Assembly (NCBI GenBank): GCA_012026655.1
Contig: JAAILG010000021.1
Location: forward strand, 62,001 to 126,000
Length of the DNA stretch: 64,000 bases
Direction: 5' to 3'
Source: Hydrolagus affinis
Lineage: Eukaryota
A model generated the notes under the pieces. It was not told the origin of the DNA and made no database searches. It worked only from the letters and a program-made list of their open reading frames with translations. The position numbers and the translations under genes were made by a program. Of this stretch, positions 24,885 through 38,780 are shown piece by piece. Position 1 is the first letter of the stretch, and the number at the start of each line of letters is the position of its first letter.

Positions 24885-26336
24885 AATATGGGAAAGGAGT
24901 TTCATAAGCCTTGACAACCTGAAGAAAGTAGAGAACATAGGAAAATGTTTGGTGGCACAATAACCAGAGCAGTATTGATAAGATAAAAGAAAAGAAAAAG
25001 ACGATAAAGGTTGCAATAGAGAGAAAATTCAGGACAAAATTGAGAAGCCAGACCACAGTAAAGCAGTCAGAGAATGAACCACCACCTACTTAGAGGAAGG
25101 TAGATGACGATGAACATAATAATTTAGGAACGGTTATGAATAGGAAGTTTGTCTCTCAGGAAACTTATTGCCAGATGTTCTGAACAGCACTTACAGAGAG
25201 ACCTGGGACTAGATCATTTGCCCTCCCCATGCTTTGGTGACTTGAGGAACCCAAGAGCAAATGAAGAAATAACAGGAAACGATGGGAGATAAGTAAATAT
25301 AGATGATGAAAGTATGACTGCAAGACTACATACTGAGTTGAAGCTTTGCCACTGCTCTGAGCTCCTGTTTTCTGACAATTACAAAGAGGCACAATTGTTC
25401 AGTGCTGTGAATGAAAGCGCTCCTGGAATAACAATCTCACAAGCATTGCTAATATAAAGCACTCCATGACCGAAGTAACCTCTGGCACATGGAACAGCTA
25501 TGAGCTGAAGCTGCTGGATGTGAGCTTATCAAAGCTGCATCCACAGGAAATCCTGCTTTCCACTGCCGTCTTTTCCATCAGCAAAATCCACAGTAGAAGC
25601 AATTTCCTTTTTTTTTAAGAACAATTGCTGTCTCAATTAATTGTTGTGCAATTAGAACTAATTTTAAACTTGCACCAAAAAGAGCACTTGAAACATTTTA
25701 TGAAATGATGTTGAATAGAGCCTTGCTGGAAAAGTGGCTTCCACGTTTCCTTGCAATTGTATTCAAAAAGGAAAGGGTCAGTAAAATAGATTTAGAAACA
25801 AAAGGACAGTATACTATATTTAACAGATGTCATAATATTAAACATTTGATGCATTTATTCCACTCAGAATAAGCTACATCCGAAAGCAGAGGTGGAAGAC
25901 ATTGCTTGTCCGTCTGGATAAAATCACATTTTATGCTGTCAAATAAAACAGTCTCAATATCCTCCTTATAATCTCTGTCTCTGATGGGGAGGGGGCGGGT
26001 GGGTGGAGGTGCTGTGGGAGGAAGGGGTGGTTCAGTATGTTCTAGTTTTGCTTATGTCCATTTGAAGAAGGAAAATAAAGCGGAAATGGCACTGTCTTAA
26101 TGTATCAGAAATAGAAATGAGAAAAGAAAACGAAAAGGAAGCACTTTGGGAAGTTAACAAGGATAGATCCACAGTGTGGATTAGGTTACAGAGGAGTCGA
26201 AAAAATGGAAAGTCACCAGAGATTAACAAACCATTTGTATATCTCAAACCCTGCCAGTAACTGCATGTGTGTCACTTGAATGCCACCCCATTGTGATCTC
26301 TTTCCAGTGTGTTGAACCAGAATTTGCTCAGGCCAA

Positions 26337-26395
26337 TGCCTCGGGACATCCTCCTGACATGGAAGGCGTTATACAAATGTAATTTGTTGTTGTTG
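26337..26395 (+). mobile_element. L2 3'-tail-only fragment
   Basis: tgcctcgggacatcctcctgacatggaaggcgttatacaaatgtaat(ttg)n. Confidence 0.78.
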
Positions 26396-28002
26396 ATGAT
26401 ACACACCTTGTTGTCTGTAAATTTCAGATTCACAATTTTTTGAGAATCCAGGTTGCAAACTGGATTACCTGCTAATTGTTCAATGCTTATAAATGGTTTT
26501 AAAAGGCGGGAAGAAAAGACAAATTTAAATTGAGTTACGTGAAATTACTTTGCAGGTAAAATTGGATAAGCAAGATATTATGTAATACAATTTACATTTA
26601 TATAGTCACATCGGGAGGGCACTTTAAAGCCTTTCTCACCGCTGGCTGGTGCGGAGGAAAGTCTCCTTAAAGAATAATCAAATAGGTAAGAGGTATTGTA
26701 CTTTATGTACAAATCTGCACACAGGCAAATAGAACAGTTACGATTGATTAAATAGCAATTATAGTTTGCATATATCATAGCAATTGCTAAACTCTCCCAA
26801 ATTCCTCATTGATGTTATCACATTAACTTGTGAAATGCAGGCCAGCTTGCTTTGACAATAGCCACAAGGTGAATTATGTATCAATACTGTGTTAAGTAAT
26901 AAGAGTTCAGCACATACAAACAGGCCAACTTGAGTTTGTGGCTTGGGGTCAGTCGAATGGTCACAGGTTAAATCACACAAAAGCAAATTCATGGAATCAG
27001 TCGACCATGAGATGATCTATGGGTTTTCTGCAATTAAAAAAAATATTTTGAATAGATGCCCTTAACTGTGGTCATAAAGAACTGTTTCTACTGTACCAAT
27101 ATACAATTGACTGGATACCTACACATCAATCAACAATTATATCTGGGAGTGGGCTGGCTAGGTAGAATTCAAATCATTACAAACCACAAACCAAATTTAT
27201 ATAACTAGCATTATCAGATGCTAAAAAGATCTGTAAAATATCAAACCTTGCACATTCTTTGCAGTAATACCAACTATTTGACAATGAGTCAGGGTGGTAT
27301 TGATAGACAAGGAAAAAAGAGCTCTAGTTTTATCACAGAATATATTTTCCTGTGGTCAAGCTTATAAATTAACTACTGTGCTTCCCTCAGTTTAAATTGA
27401 GACATGGCATATTTTACAACTTAAAGAAGGTCAGAAGGTTGTGGTTTGAAAACCTACATTGGGATGTTTGTATTTATAATAGTCCACTCTGACACTCCAG
27501 GTGCAACATTGGGGGATGAGATTTTAAACTGAGTTCCTGGTTACCTAGTATGACTACCAGTCAATACACTTAAGAACAATTATAGGTAAAGTGTTTTAAG
27601 ATGTTTTGACAGTATCAAAATTCAAAGATATACAGTACTATAAAATGACTCCATGATTGGTCAGGTCAAGATGGAGTTCAAGCTAAACAAAGCAATTCAT
27701 ATCAAATAAGCCACTCTGTCTCTTTCCCCCTCTCCTACCTAATGATGGTATAGTTTTGTACTCCATCAAAGAACGTAAACAGAAAGTTAGATGTACAGTA
27801 TAAAAAGCCCTAGGAAAACAGCCCAAACAATAGTGAGCAAATGAAGGTCATCATTGATAATAGGAAAAGAATGTAGCAAAAGTATACATCGCAGTCCAAA
27901 TCCAAGCGATATCATCTTTTTAAAGATATTTTTAAAATTATACGGCACAAAAGGAGGCCATTTGGCCCATCTAGTCCGCGTCGGCTCTTTGAACAGAGTA
28001 AC

Positions 28003-30800
28003 TCAATCCCATTGCCCAGCTTTCTCCCCATAACCTAACAGACCTGCTCTTCCTAAATAAAGATCTAGTTCCCTTTTAAAAGCTGTTATGGAATCTGCCT
28101 CTACCACCTTTTCAGGCAATGCATTCCAGATTCGAACAACCCGCTGAGTGAAAAAATTTCTCCTCAGCTCCCCTCTGCTTCGTTTTGAAACTATTTTAAA
28201 TCTGTAACCACGAGTCACTGATTCACCCACCAGTGGAAACAGTCTTTCCCTATTAATTCTGTTGAAACCTCTCATAATCTTATAAACCTCTATCAGGTCT
28301 CCTCTCAATCTTCTTTGTTCTAGAGAGAATAAGCCTAGCCTATCCAGCCTTTCCTTGTAGCTGAAGTCCCTCATTCCTGTTACCATCCTAGTAAATCTCC
28401 TCTGCACCCTTTCCAATGCCTTAATATCTTTCCTAAAGTGTGGTGACCAGAATTGTACACAGTACTCCAAATGAGGCCTAACCAAAGTCTTATAGAGGTT
28501 AATCAGCACTTCCTGACTTTTGTATTCTATATCTCTATTTATAAAGCCTAGTATCCCATATGCCTTCTTAACAGCTTTGTCTACCTGTCCTGCCACTTTC
28601 AAAGAGTCACTAGCACAAATCCCCAGGTCTCTCTGTTCCTTCACACCCCTTAAAATTGTACTATCTAGCCTATATTGCCTCCCCTGATTTCTTCTCCCAA
28701 AGTGTATCACCTCACACTTCTCTGTATTAAACTTCATCTGCCATGTGTCTGCCCACTTTACCATTTTATCTATATCCTCTTGCAGATGACTACTATCCTC
28801 CTCACTATTTACTATTCTCCCTAACTTAGTATCATCTGCAAATTTGGAAACCGTACTCCCTAAACCCAAATCATTAATGTATATTAAAAAGAGCAGTGGT
28901 CCCAAAACTGATCCCTGGGGGAAGCTACTGCACACTTCCCTCCAGTCTGAAAAGCAGCCACTCACCACAACTCTCTGCTTTCTGTCTCGCAGCCAGTTGT
29001 GGATCCAGGCTACCACTGTCCCTTTAACGCCGTGGGCTTCTATTTTCCTAATAAGCCTCTCATGCAGCACATTGTCAAATACCTTTTGAAAGACCATGTA
29101 AACTACATCAACTGCGCTGCCCTCGTCCACCCATTCCGTTATATCATCGAAAAATTCTTACAGATTTCTAAGGCAAGATTTGCCTTTAACAAATCCATGC
29201 TGGCTGACCTTTACCTATATTTTTCTAAGTGAAGATCTATCTTATCCCTGATTATAGACTCTAGAAGTTTGCCCACCGCTGATGTTAGACTGACTGGCCT
29301 GTAGTTTCCAGGTTTGTCCTTCTGCCCCTTTTTATACAGGGGAGTAATATTCCTCTGTACCAGTCCTCTGGTACCACCCCTGTGTCCAAGAAAGATTGAA
29401 AGATTGTGGCCAGAGTCTCTGCTATTTGCTCCCGTACTTCCCTTAGTAACCTAGGATGCATCCCATCCAGACCAGGCGACTTATCTACCTTGAGCGCTGT
29501 CAACCTTTTTAGTACTTCCTCTCTGTTTATGCTTATCTTATCCATTTCTACTATACTCTCCTCCAATACTGTGACATTGGTTGCATCTTCTTCCTTTGTG
29601 AAGACAGAAGCAAAGTACTCATTCAGTACATCAGCCAGCCCTCTGCCTCCACAATAAGATTTCCTCCTTGGTCCCTTATTGGCCCCACCCTACCCTTGAC
29701 CAATCTTTTACCCTTAATATGTTTGTAAAATACCTTAGGATTCCCTTTAATGTTACCTGCTAATTGTTTCTCATGCATTCTTTTTGCCCCTCTAACTTTC
29801 TTTTTTAGTTCTCTCCTGCACTTCCTATATTCCGATTGGTTGAATTCTGTATTCTGGGCCTGACATTTATCATAAGCCTCCTTTTTTTGCTTTATTTTCA
29901 CCCTAACTGCCCTAGTCATCCAGGGAGGTTTGGATGCCCTACATTTTACCTTTGTCGGAATGTTTCTAACCTGTGCCCGAATTATCTCTTCCTTGAAGAC
30001 TGCCCACTGCTTGTTAGCCGTATTACCTGCCAATCTTTCTTTCCAGTCCACCTTGGCTAGGTCCAGCTTTAGCTCACTGAAATTAGCCTTTTCCAATTGA
30101 GTGTCTTCACCTCTGAGTGTTCCCTATCCTTTTCCATAATTACACTGAACCTAATCGTATTGTGATCGCTATTCCCTAGGTGCTCACCTGCAGAAACCTG
30201 CTCTACTTGCCCCACCTCATTCGCCAAAACAGGATCCAGAACTGCGTCCTTCCTTGTTGGACTGGAAACATTGATCGAGAAAGTTGTCCTGAACACATTT
30301 CAGGAATTCTTCTCCCTCCTTGCCCTTTACACTATTGTTCTGCCAGTTGATGTCGGGATAATTAAAGTCACCCAATATCACTACTATTAGCTCTGCATCT
30401 TTCTGAAATCTGCTTGCAGATTCGCTCATCTATCTCCTTCCCGCTATTTGGTGGTCTATAGTATACCCCTAACAGTGTAACTGCTCCTTTTTTGTTCCTC
30501 AACTCCAACCAAATAGATTCGGTTTTCAGGCCTTCTTCCACCTCGATCCTTTCTAAGGCTGTAACCAAGTTCTTAATTAATATTGCCACCCCACCTCCTT
30601 TTCTCCTTCTCTGTCTCTCCTGAATACATTATAGCCAGAAATGTTCAGTTCCCATTCCTGCCCTTCCTTGAGCCAGGTCTCTGTTAGTGCTACCACATCA
30701 TATCCCCTTGCAGCAACTTGAGCCTGCAGCTCACTAATTTTGTTTGTCAAACTACGTGCATTTGCATACATGCACTTCAAGACAGAATTGGCCTGCTCTA
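28003..30800 (-). pseudogene. CR1 ORF2 (endonuclease/reverse transcriptase), broken into several frames
   Basis: Consecutive ORF-track pieces 30577-30903, 30368-30589, 30217-30429, 30069-30296, 29623-30096, 29285-29566 and 28003-29130 are collinear EN/RT fragments. Confidence 0.93.
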
Positions 30801-30890
30801 TACTTTTCTCGTGTCCTACCCCTCCCCTTGTCCCCTGTCTTATCCCTCCTCTAACTGAACTACTGTATGCATTCCCATCCCCCATCAAAA

Positions 30891-31025
30891 TTAGTTTAAA
30901 CATCCCCCTACAGCGTTAGATAATCTCCCTGCAAGGACATTGATCCCAGCCTTCTTCAGGTGTAACCCATCCATCTTGTACAGTTTCCACCTGCCCCAGA
31001 ACTGGTCCCAATGATCCAGGAACCT
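30891..31025 (-). pseudogene. CR1 ORF1 C-terminus (SGNH/GDSL esterase-like)
   Basis: Hand translation RFLDHWDQFWGRWKLYKMDGLHLKKAGINVLAGRLSNAVGGCLN*; the DGLH block-V motif is typical of CR1 ORF1 esterases. Confidence 0.85.
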
Positions 31026-32329
31026 GTCTGCAGTTCATTGTCTTAAAATATATTACTCTACAATATATACAACCCTTGAAAAATAGCAGATGAGGATTGT
31101 GGATAGCAGATGAGGGTAGAATGACGGACCCAACATTGAATGTTACTTGTAAAAGAAGCAAAGGATATCACACTATGTGAGCTGTTGTGCAACTGCACCA
31201 CTACAAACAGTCGGTAACTACAAGTGTGAAGGAATGTATTGTACAGATTATGGAAGTGTGTCATAGGGCAGTGATACATCATAACTTTCAGATGAGGTTA
31301 GAAATTACAGGAAGTTTTTCAAATCAATGCCTTCTCAACTTGTCACCACCTTGAAACACGGACTGTGTTATTCTCTGTAGCATATGCAGTTGTACTTTTA
31401 TGTTTTTCTTAAACCAAGTTTTTGTTTGTTGTTGGTGGGTATTCTAGCAATCAGTGAAGGTGGGTAAACTATGGTGATTGACAACACATAATTTGACCAG
31501 TGGCAAAATTGCTGTATATTCATAATACGTATGCATTCCTCTTCATTACAAAGTGATGTTACAAGGGAATGGATTTGTTCACCGGCTGTTTGGAATGTGG
31601 GCTCATACAACATGTGTCTGTTAAGGCCATGTTATAAGCAGCACTGGTCAAGAACATACTGTTCTTCAGTCTTCCACTGTACTGGACTTGAGTCTCCAAA
31701 CTCTCTCCCTTCATCTAAGACTACAATTTTTCAAGTTTGCTGATTACAACCTGTTTCTGCTTGCATGTGTTTCCTGATGTTGCAATGTGCATTCAGAGAC
31801 CCTTTTATCAGGCAAGACACAAAACTACTTCAAAACCTATTTATTTATTTTTTTAAATGAATTGCAAAATGGGGTTTTAAAAAATTGTTGGGAAATGTAG
31901 ATAGATCTGACAAGAGCTGGATTTTCCATCAGGACTGAAACAAGCTTGAACAAGTAAAGAAATATTTCCCTCCAACAGAGAATATTGCTCCAATCCTCAT
32001 CTGTAACAATCTCTTTGCTCTCAATAGCTTCCAACTGATCCATGCTTGCATTGCGATTTTCTTTATTTGAATGGGATACTATTGTGATTTTGTGAACATG
32101 AAACATGAAAAAATTAAAAGGTCAGGCATTCCAAGAGTAGTATACGTCACATTAAGTTGTAGTCTCTGTTTTTGGTTAACAAACAAACAGATTGTCATCA
32201 GACCTGGAACGCCATTCACTAAATATTTAAATCACAATGTTTCTGGTGCAAAGTGCCCTTGACTCTGAGCTGATGCAAATGTTGCAAGATTCTAACAATG
32301 GCAACCAGGTGGTGAAACTCATCTTTGTA

Positions 32330-33062
32330 TAGTAAAAGCCTGTTTATCCGGCACTCATGGAACCTGGCCAATGCCGGTTAAAACAGATATTGCCGGATAT
32401 TCGGGCGGCCCGCGGCCGAAAATCCACCACAAAAAAATTAAACTTCTTTTAACACACACCATATACACCAGACTAAATAATAACAGAAGATTGTATTGCT
32501 ACTTATTGTTAAAACTACTCTCTTGCGCTTCTCACCTTTACTGATTGAGGTTTACAGAACAGTGATTCTTTCTTAAATGGAGGATGCCAAGCGGGTGAAA
32601 AAAACGGCAGCACGATTTTAAAGTCGCGTGACTTTACTAGCGGCAAGCCGATAACCCTAGACTTTACTAGAGGCAAACCAAAATACTGCACCTGCACGAC
32701 AATGTGGATTATCGGCTAGCGTTATCGGCTTGCCGCTAGTATGGCTTTAAAGTCTCGCTCCGTTTTTTTTCACCCACTTGGCGTGCTCCATTTTTAAAAA
32801 ATCGCTGGACTATAAACCTCAACCGCAGCATCATGGCTTCAAGCGCAGAATCTATCAGCAAGGTGAGAAGCACAAGACAGTAGTTTTAACAATAAGTACC
32901 AATACAGTATTCTGTTATTATGTTATTATTTATGCATTTATAAATTCTCCTCCGCTATTGTTCCGGATAAGTTCCGGTTTATCGAATGGGGACTTTTTTT
33001 TTGGCGTGCCGGTTATGCGTAAGTGCCAGTTCATCAAGTCACGGATAAATGGGCTTCTACTG
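32330..33062. mobile_element. Tigger/pogo non-autonomous element, 733 bp, with an internal inverted duplication
   Basis: Same TIRs and TA TSD as the MITEs; internal arms 32476-32660 and 32716-32921; remnant GEKRKRVVLTIS of a CENP-B/Tigger N-terminus. Confidence 0.9.
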
Positions 33063-34684
33063 TAGTTAGTTTGATACTAGCAAAAAAGTCAAGAACAAAA
33101 TAGGAAGGAGTGCCAACAAACCACCCCATGCGAGAAATAAAAGATAATAATGTTTTGACAGGAAGCTGAGGAGAAAAGGTAATTGCTATGATAATAATAA
33201 TTCTTCCATTTAATAAAGCACATTACCACATCATTGCAACATTTCAAAATCCATCACATGGCTTTACTTTAAATTGTCATGGCTGTGTTGTGTTGTATAA
33301 CATCTTGAAAGAGCACATTATTTCAGATTTATCGGCCAGTTTTAGCAAAACAAATTCTACGCATTTTGAAGTGAAGTTGCATTATACCATTAAAAGGAAT
33401 GCATTTAAATGGTAGGATGATTGGTAGATGAAGTTACAGGGCTTTAATTTTTAGTGCAACTAGGTACCTTGTCCTACATGTAAAATAAGGAGTCAAATAT
33501 TTTTTTGTAATCTTCAATAGCAGCAGTTCCTAGAACTTATCATGAAGGGCACTTCAATACGAAGCAACTGCTATCTCTAATTAGCACGCATTCTCCCTTT
33601 CACTATCATCATCAATAAATCTAGCGCAGAGGCTAAAATCCAAATGTTGGGACTATACCATCTGTAAAGCACAGAGATCCATTTGTCAGTACCGTAACTA
33701 CTGCAATATTCTTTTTCAATACTCTCATACAATATACTCTTAATTTAAGTAGACATATCCATTCTGCTTGTCAAAACATGGTGCACATCAAAAGAGCTTT
33801 TAAAACGGCATTCTATAAAAGTTCTCTTTCCTGTTCCACATGCTATCAATTGCTTATTTCAGACATTGTGGTAACACAATAATCTGAAATACAGGCAACA
33901 AAATAGTCAAAAACAACATTTGCTAGCTATTTAGGAAGCAATTATTGGATAACTGGAAGTTTTAAATAATTCAATTTCTGTCTATCTACTGCAGTCTGCA
34001 GCTTTCGTCTATATTATGGAACAGATTTTCAAGCCAAGTTGTACAGTAATCACAGTAATACACCCTGGTTTCATTATGAAGGACCCTTCCACCAGATACT
34101 GCAATTCAACTTTCAATTGGTTTCCCTCGTATCCCTGTGGGATTTGCTGCTATTTAAACTAACGGTGCAGTAGATTTATTTTAAATTACACTCGGTATCA
34201 TGTCCACATCACACCAGTTGACATTCTCACTGCTTTCTGTTCTCTCTTTGTCTTCCTGCACCCCACTTAAACCCTGTGGCTATACCAAGGGCAAAACTTC
34301 TGACCTTATATGTTAGACGAACACAATCTTTGTTATACAGTACATTCATATGCAATTCTGGATGGGTTGTGCAACTTTTGCTATACTGTAGTTTATTCCT
34401 GTTAAGTGATTGTTCATGAACTCTAATTGAAAATCAGCCCAGTGGCTCGAATAAAAACACTTTGCACCTCTAAAATAAGGCTTGAGAGTTCCAATTTCAA
34501 CACTCAAATTTCCTATCTTCCCAAAGCTGTTCCAGCAGTTTTTACTGATGCCATAAGACAAAGCATTTTTCCAGATGTTGCATTTTATTTGAATGCAGTT
34601 TTAACATACTGAGCCACAATGAACTGATGTAAAATTGATGAAAGTACATGAATAAAAACCTAGACCCAACTAAAATTAGAGTGT

Positions 34685-34770
34685 AAGCCTTGAGCTCAAA
34701 GTCCAAATGTGGGGCTTGAACCCAAAACCATGTGACTCAAAGTTGAAATTGCAAGTAACTGAGCCAAACT
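34685..34770 (-). mobile_element. Old SINE tRNA head fragment
   Basis: ggggcttgaacccaaaacc…tgactc…aactgagcca (reverse complement of box B and box A). Confidence 0.65.
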
Positions 34771-35041
34771 GCATACGGATCATATTCAATCCAGAAGGCT
34801 AGATTCTACATAATAAAGAGCAGCAAGTATATTTCTAATTAATTACAGGCCACACTTCTGTATTTCCCAGCAAGTGGCTTCACTGGATAATAAGAGTTGG
34901 TCCATGGTCAGAAGAGGGAAAAATATTGATGATCTGGGAAGAAAAAAATGTTTCAACCATTGAAATCATAAAGGAAGCCTGTAGTTCGGAGGCTGCTGTT
35001 GTCATTTAGCATTCATAGGGTTAAACATTACTCTCCCCACT

Positions 35042-35838
35042 ACAACAACAACAAATTGCACTTATAGAGCGCCTTTCACGTCGGGAGGACGTCCCAAGGT
35101 GCTGCACAGGATGCGTGTGACCCGAGCAGGGAGGGGAGTGTTCGGGAGGGGGTAAGAAACGTAGGGGAGGTCGAAGAATTAGGGGGGGAAACAGAAGGCA
35201 CGGTCAAAAAGGAAAGTCTTCAAACCGGCCTTGAAAGAGGAAAGGGAGGAAACAAGGCGGAGGGATTGGGGGATGGGGTTCCACAGGGTGGGAGCGGAAA
35301 AATTGAAGGCTTGGCCTCCGATGGTGGGGCGGTTCGGGTGGGGGGCTTGGAGCAAGCCAAGTCCTGCTGAACGGAGGGTCCGGGTGGGCTTGTAGGAGGA
35401 GAGTAGGCCGGAAAGATAGGGCGGGGCAAGGCCGTGTAAGGCCTTGAAGGTGAGGACGAGGATCTTGAACTCGATCCTCTGGGGGATGGGGAGCCAATGG
35501 AGACGGGCGAGGGTGGGGGTTATGTGGTCGCGGAGGCGGGTGCGGGATAGTAGACGGGCTGCAGAGTTTTGGATGACCTGCAGCCTGTGAATGGAGGAGC
35601 TGGGGAGGCCGACAAGGAGAGAATTCCCATATTCTAGCTGTGAGGTGATGTACGCGTGCACGAGTGTTTCGGCAGTGTGAGGAGTGAGATAGTTGCGGAG
35701 CCTGGCAATATTGCGCAGGTGGAAATAGGAGGTGCTGGTCAAGGCGCGGATGTGGGGGAGGAAGGAGAGTTTGGGGTCGAACGTGATGCCGAGGTTCCTG
35801 ACTGGCTTTGTGAGGTGGAGAGTACAGCCTTGGATGTT
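35042..35838 (-). mobile_element. L2 LINE 3' fragment (~800 bp, GC-rich, relatively young)
   Basis: ORF YFHLRNIARLR…LQVIQNSAARL…HITPTLARLHWLPI…RIEFKIL…FKAGLKTFLFDRAF is the L2 ORF2 C-terminus; stem-loop tail and (TTG)n. Confidence 0.95.
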
Positions 35839-36281
35839 GACTACCCAAATTAATAAAAAGCAATAGCAATATTACTGCTTATTTCACATTTTAATAATTC
35901 ATCCAGTCACTTGATTTATTTTCCTTTCCTTACAAAACACTATTTATTTTAGTTTGCTTCAATTGTGCATTAACTTAAAGGAACTACATGTCTTTCTTGG
36001 TATTGATAGCATATTCACTGATATGGCAAATACTTCATGAACAATCTGCCAAATTACAGTCAGTAACACATAAGTTAAATATTATTTGAAGTGCAGGGCC
36101 AACATTTTCCAGGCAGATACTTGGTTGAAGTGAGTATTACCTAGGCAGTGCGTGGTACAATGACAGGTGCACCAGGCCTGCTCAGAGATAGAATAGGAAC
36201 ATGCGTAAAATAAGCCATGTGTTTCCATTGATTAAACCAGTGTCTCATTCACATTTGTTGTGAGTAAAGAAATGTTGTTAT

Positions 36282-36556
36282 CCTGGTTCCGTTGGTAACA
36301 CTCTTGCTTTTGAGTCAGAAGGTTCTGGGTTCAAGCCCCTATGTTTGACTTTGAACTCCCAGTCTAGGCTGACAATCAGATACAGTGCTAGGGAGCACTG
36401 CATTGTTCAAAGTATTGCGCTTCAGGTGAGATGTTAAACCAAGGTCCCATCTGCCTGTTCAGGTGGATGTTAAAGATCCCATAGCACTATTCAAAAAGAG
36501 AAGGGTGTTTCTCTTGGTATTCTGGTGTTATATAAATGTAAGATGTTGTTGTTGTA
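36282..36556 (+). mobile_element. Old tRNA SINE (SacSINE1-like)
   Basis: gttggtaacactcttgcttttgagtcagaaggttctgggttcaagccc…gatgttaaacc…ctgcctgttcaggtggatgttaaagatccc. Confidence 0.85.
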
Positions 36557-37121
36557 GTAATAGAGCTGCCAACGTTTTCAGCTGGAAGCTACAATCAGCC
36601 TCAATATCCCTTTGTTAGGAAGCGAATATTTTGTCAGACTTCCTGCTCCTGACTCCTGTCCAGTCACCCCTGCTGGAAAATACGAGTTTGTGGGCACGCA
36701 GTGAAAACAGGATCAAGTTTATCTGTATCAATCAAATACTCTACAAGCATCAACAATACCATGCTGGTTCACATTTAGAAGATGCAAATTGGGCGAGACA
36801 GCTAAGGGGTGGGACGGAAGGAAGAGGCAATTTGGATTCGTAGAATTGTACACTAAAAAAAGTTTTATTTGCATAGGAAAAAATTGGAAAAGGCTTGCAA
36901 ATGGCAGTGGCCTTAAAGCAGTAGAAGAGACAGAGACCTCTAGATAGTAGGATTAAAGGCAGCCATCATTTATGGTTGATAATCACTAACATTCCACTTT
37001 TTCGCACCAATCTGTGAATAGATATTCAACAATAGGGATATAGTTAAGGGGAGATTTTGTATAAACATAGCCATATAATCGTGGACAGTGAAGTGATTGG
37101 GAGCTGATTTACATACTACTG

Positions 37122-37170
37122 CAACAACACAATTACATTTGTATAGCGCCTTTCACGTCAGGAGGACGTA
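37122..37170 (-). mobile_element. L2 3'-tail-only fragment
   Basis: caattacatttgtatagcgcctttcacgtcaggaggacgt. Confidence 0.8.
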
Positions 37171-38382
37171 CACATGGCTGGCTCATTTTGAAGTCACAGC
37201 TCCTAGGGACTTTGCGTAAAGATTGTTAAAAGTAGTATGACCGATTCAGTTGGTTTGGTAAGGTTTAAAATCAGTGTCATAGTGCGCAGTGAACGCATCA
37301 ATAATGAAAGGATTGTAAAGCTGCATGGTCTGAATTAATGGTGCAACCTCAAAACTACACCAGCCACTAATTTTCTGACATTAATCAAAAACAAAATTAA
37401 AAATGATTCAAACAGTTCTGAGATCAAAAGCAAATCCTTCAATTCAGACTGTTCCATTGAAATAAATTAAAACTGAGGTACCATTTCCTTCGACGTCCAT
37501 CTGGTAAAGAAAGCTTGAGAACTTGTTTATACCTTCCCATAATAGAAGCCACAGTGTTCTACTATATTGCTGCTTATCTGACCGCATGGACATCCAAACC
37601 ACTGGAATGTAATCCACGACTTTGACTTCAGCCTGTTCACGCCTCCAAGACCTCTAGTGAGGCCCATACAGTGGTTAGCAGCACTGTGATGTTTGGCACA
37701 GTCTTGTCTACAGTATCTGACACCGCTGTGATACATTCATTTGCAAAAAAAAAGTGGTGAAGCTCCTGCAAAATGACATTTCTGGGCAAAACAACAATTT
37801 TCCCCCATTTTATCAAGCTGTTTGGGGGTCTGGCCCAATCCCTTCCTAATTGAGGCCATGAGTAAGTAAAAGCATTTCAAACCTCAGTGCTTACATTCAA
37901 TGCTTTTGGTGAATAGCTGTTAAAAGAGTCCTTTCATTCTGTTAAACGAACAAAAAGAAGGATGCAGGATGAGGAGAGAAATTATTATGGTAGCTATTCA
38001 CCACCTATAACCATTTCTGGTCAAACTGTGCCTGTTCTATCTACTAAGCAAAATACCGCATTTCTAAAAGGAATTTGAATCTGCTCCGGATGGGAGAGGC
38101 ATACAAAAGACCCACAACATTCAATGTGTCAAGATACAGTGGTCGGATTTTATTAATCTGTTGGCTCAGTGCTAATTAGGTTGAACAATTGCTTGGATAT
38201 TTATTAGGTTGGATATTTATGATGCTTTATGTGCCAGACATGGCCGATTTAATGTGGCTTACCACAACTTAAGAATGCTCACACCAGATCAAGCCTTTGT
38301 CTAAGTGCTTAGAGTGAAGTTTCAATACAAATCTCAGTATTAAAGATAGCCCTAAGCATAAGTGTAAATAATAGTTGTCAGA

Positions 38383-38780
38383 CTGGCTCAGTTGGTAGCA
38401 TTCTCGCCTCCAAGTAACAAGGTTGCTGATTCAATTCCCATATCAGGACTTCAAACACATATAGTCTAGGTTGATACTCCAATGCAGGGCTAACGACCAA
38501 TGCAATGTTGGAGGTACGTTGTTTTGCAGGAGATGCCATCATTGGGATGAGACGTTAAACCCAAATCCTGCCTGCCTGTTCAAGTGGACATTAAAGAAAA
38601 GCAAGACACTATTCGAAAAGAGAAGGGAGTTTCTCTGGGGTTCTGCCCAACAATCTTCCAAATAAAAACTGGTCATACACTTCATGGTTATTTGTTGGAG
38701 ACTTTGCTGTATGCAAATTGTCAACAGCACAATTAGCCACTACACTTTACAGAGAAAGGCTATATGTCAAATACAAGGGT
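38383..38780 (+). mobile_element. Old tRNA/Deu SINE, near full length
   Basis: ggctcagttggtagcattctcgcctc…gatgagacgttaaacc…ttgctgtatgcaaattg. Confidence 0.85.

Larger units (their letters stand above)
27930..31025 (-). mobile_element. CR1 LINE, 5'-truncated (~3.1 kb): ORF1 esterase C-terminus, frameshifted ORF2 and 3' UTR
   Basis: APE motifs (CMYANARSL, ALTETWL, GVYYRPPN, GDFNYPDINW, SDHN), RT motifs (PQGSVLGPLLF, FADDTKL), CR1 C-terminus (RRLRGDLIEVYK, RRNFFTQRVVRIWN). Confidence 0.97.

Noticed and set aside
25985-26030. G-quadruplex-like G-runs (also at 2570, 17268, 59088)
   Set aside because: Common low-complexity tracts with no supporting context.
35204-35869. 221-aa Pro/His-rich ORF overlapping L2
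   Set aside because: An alternative frame of GC-rich L2 ORF2; the low stop-codon frequency explains it.
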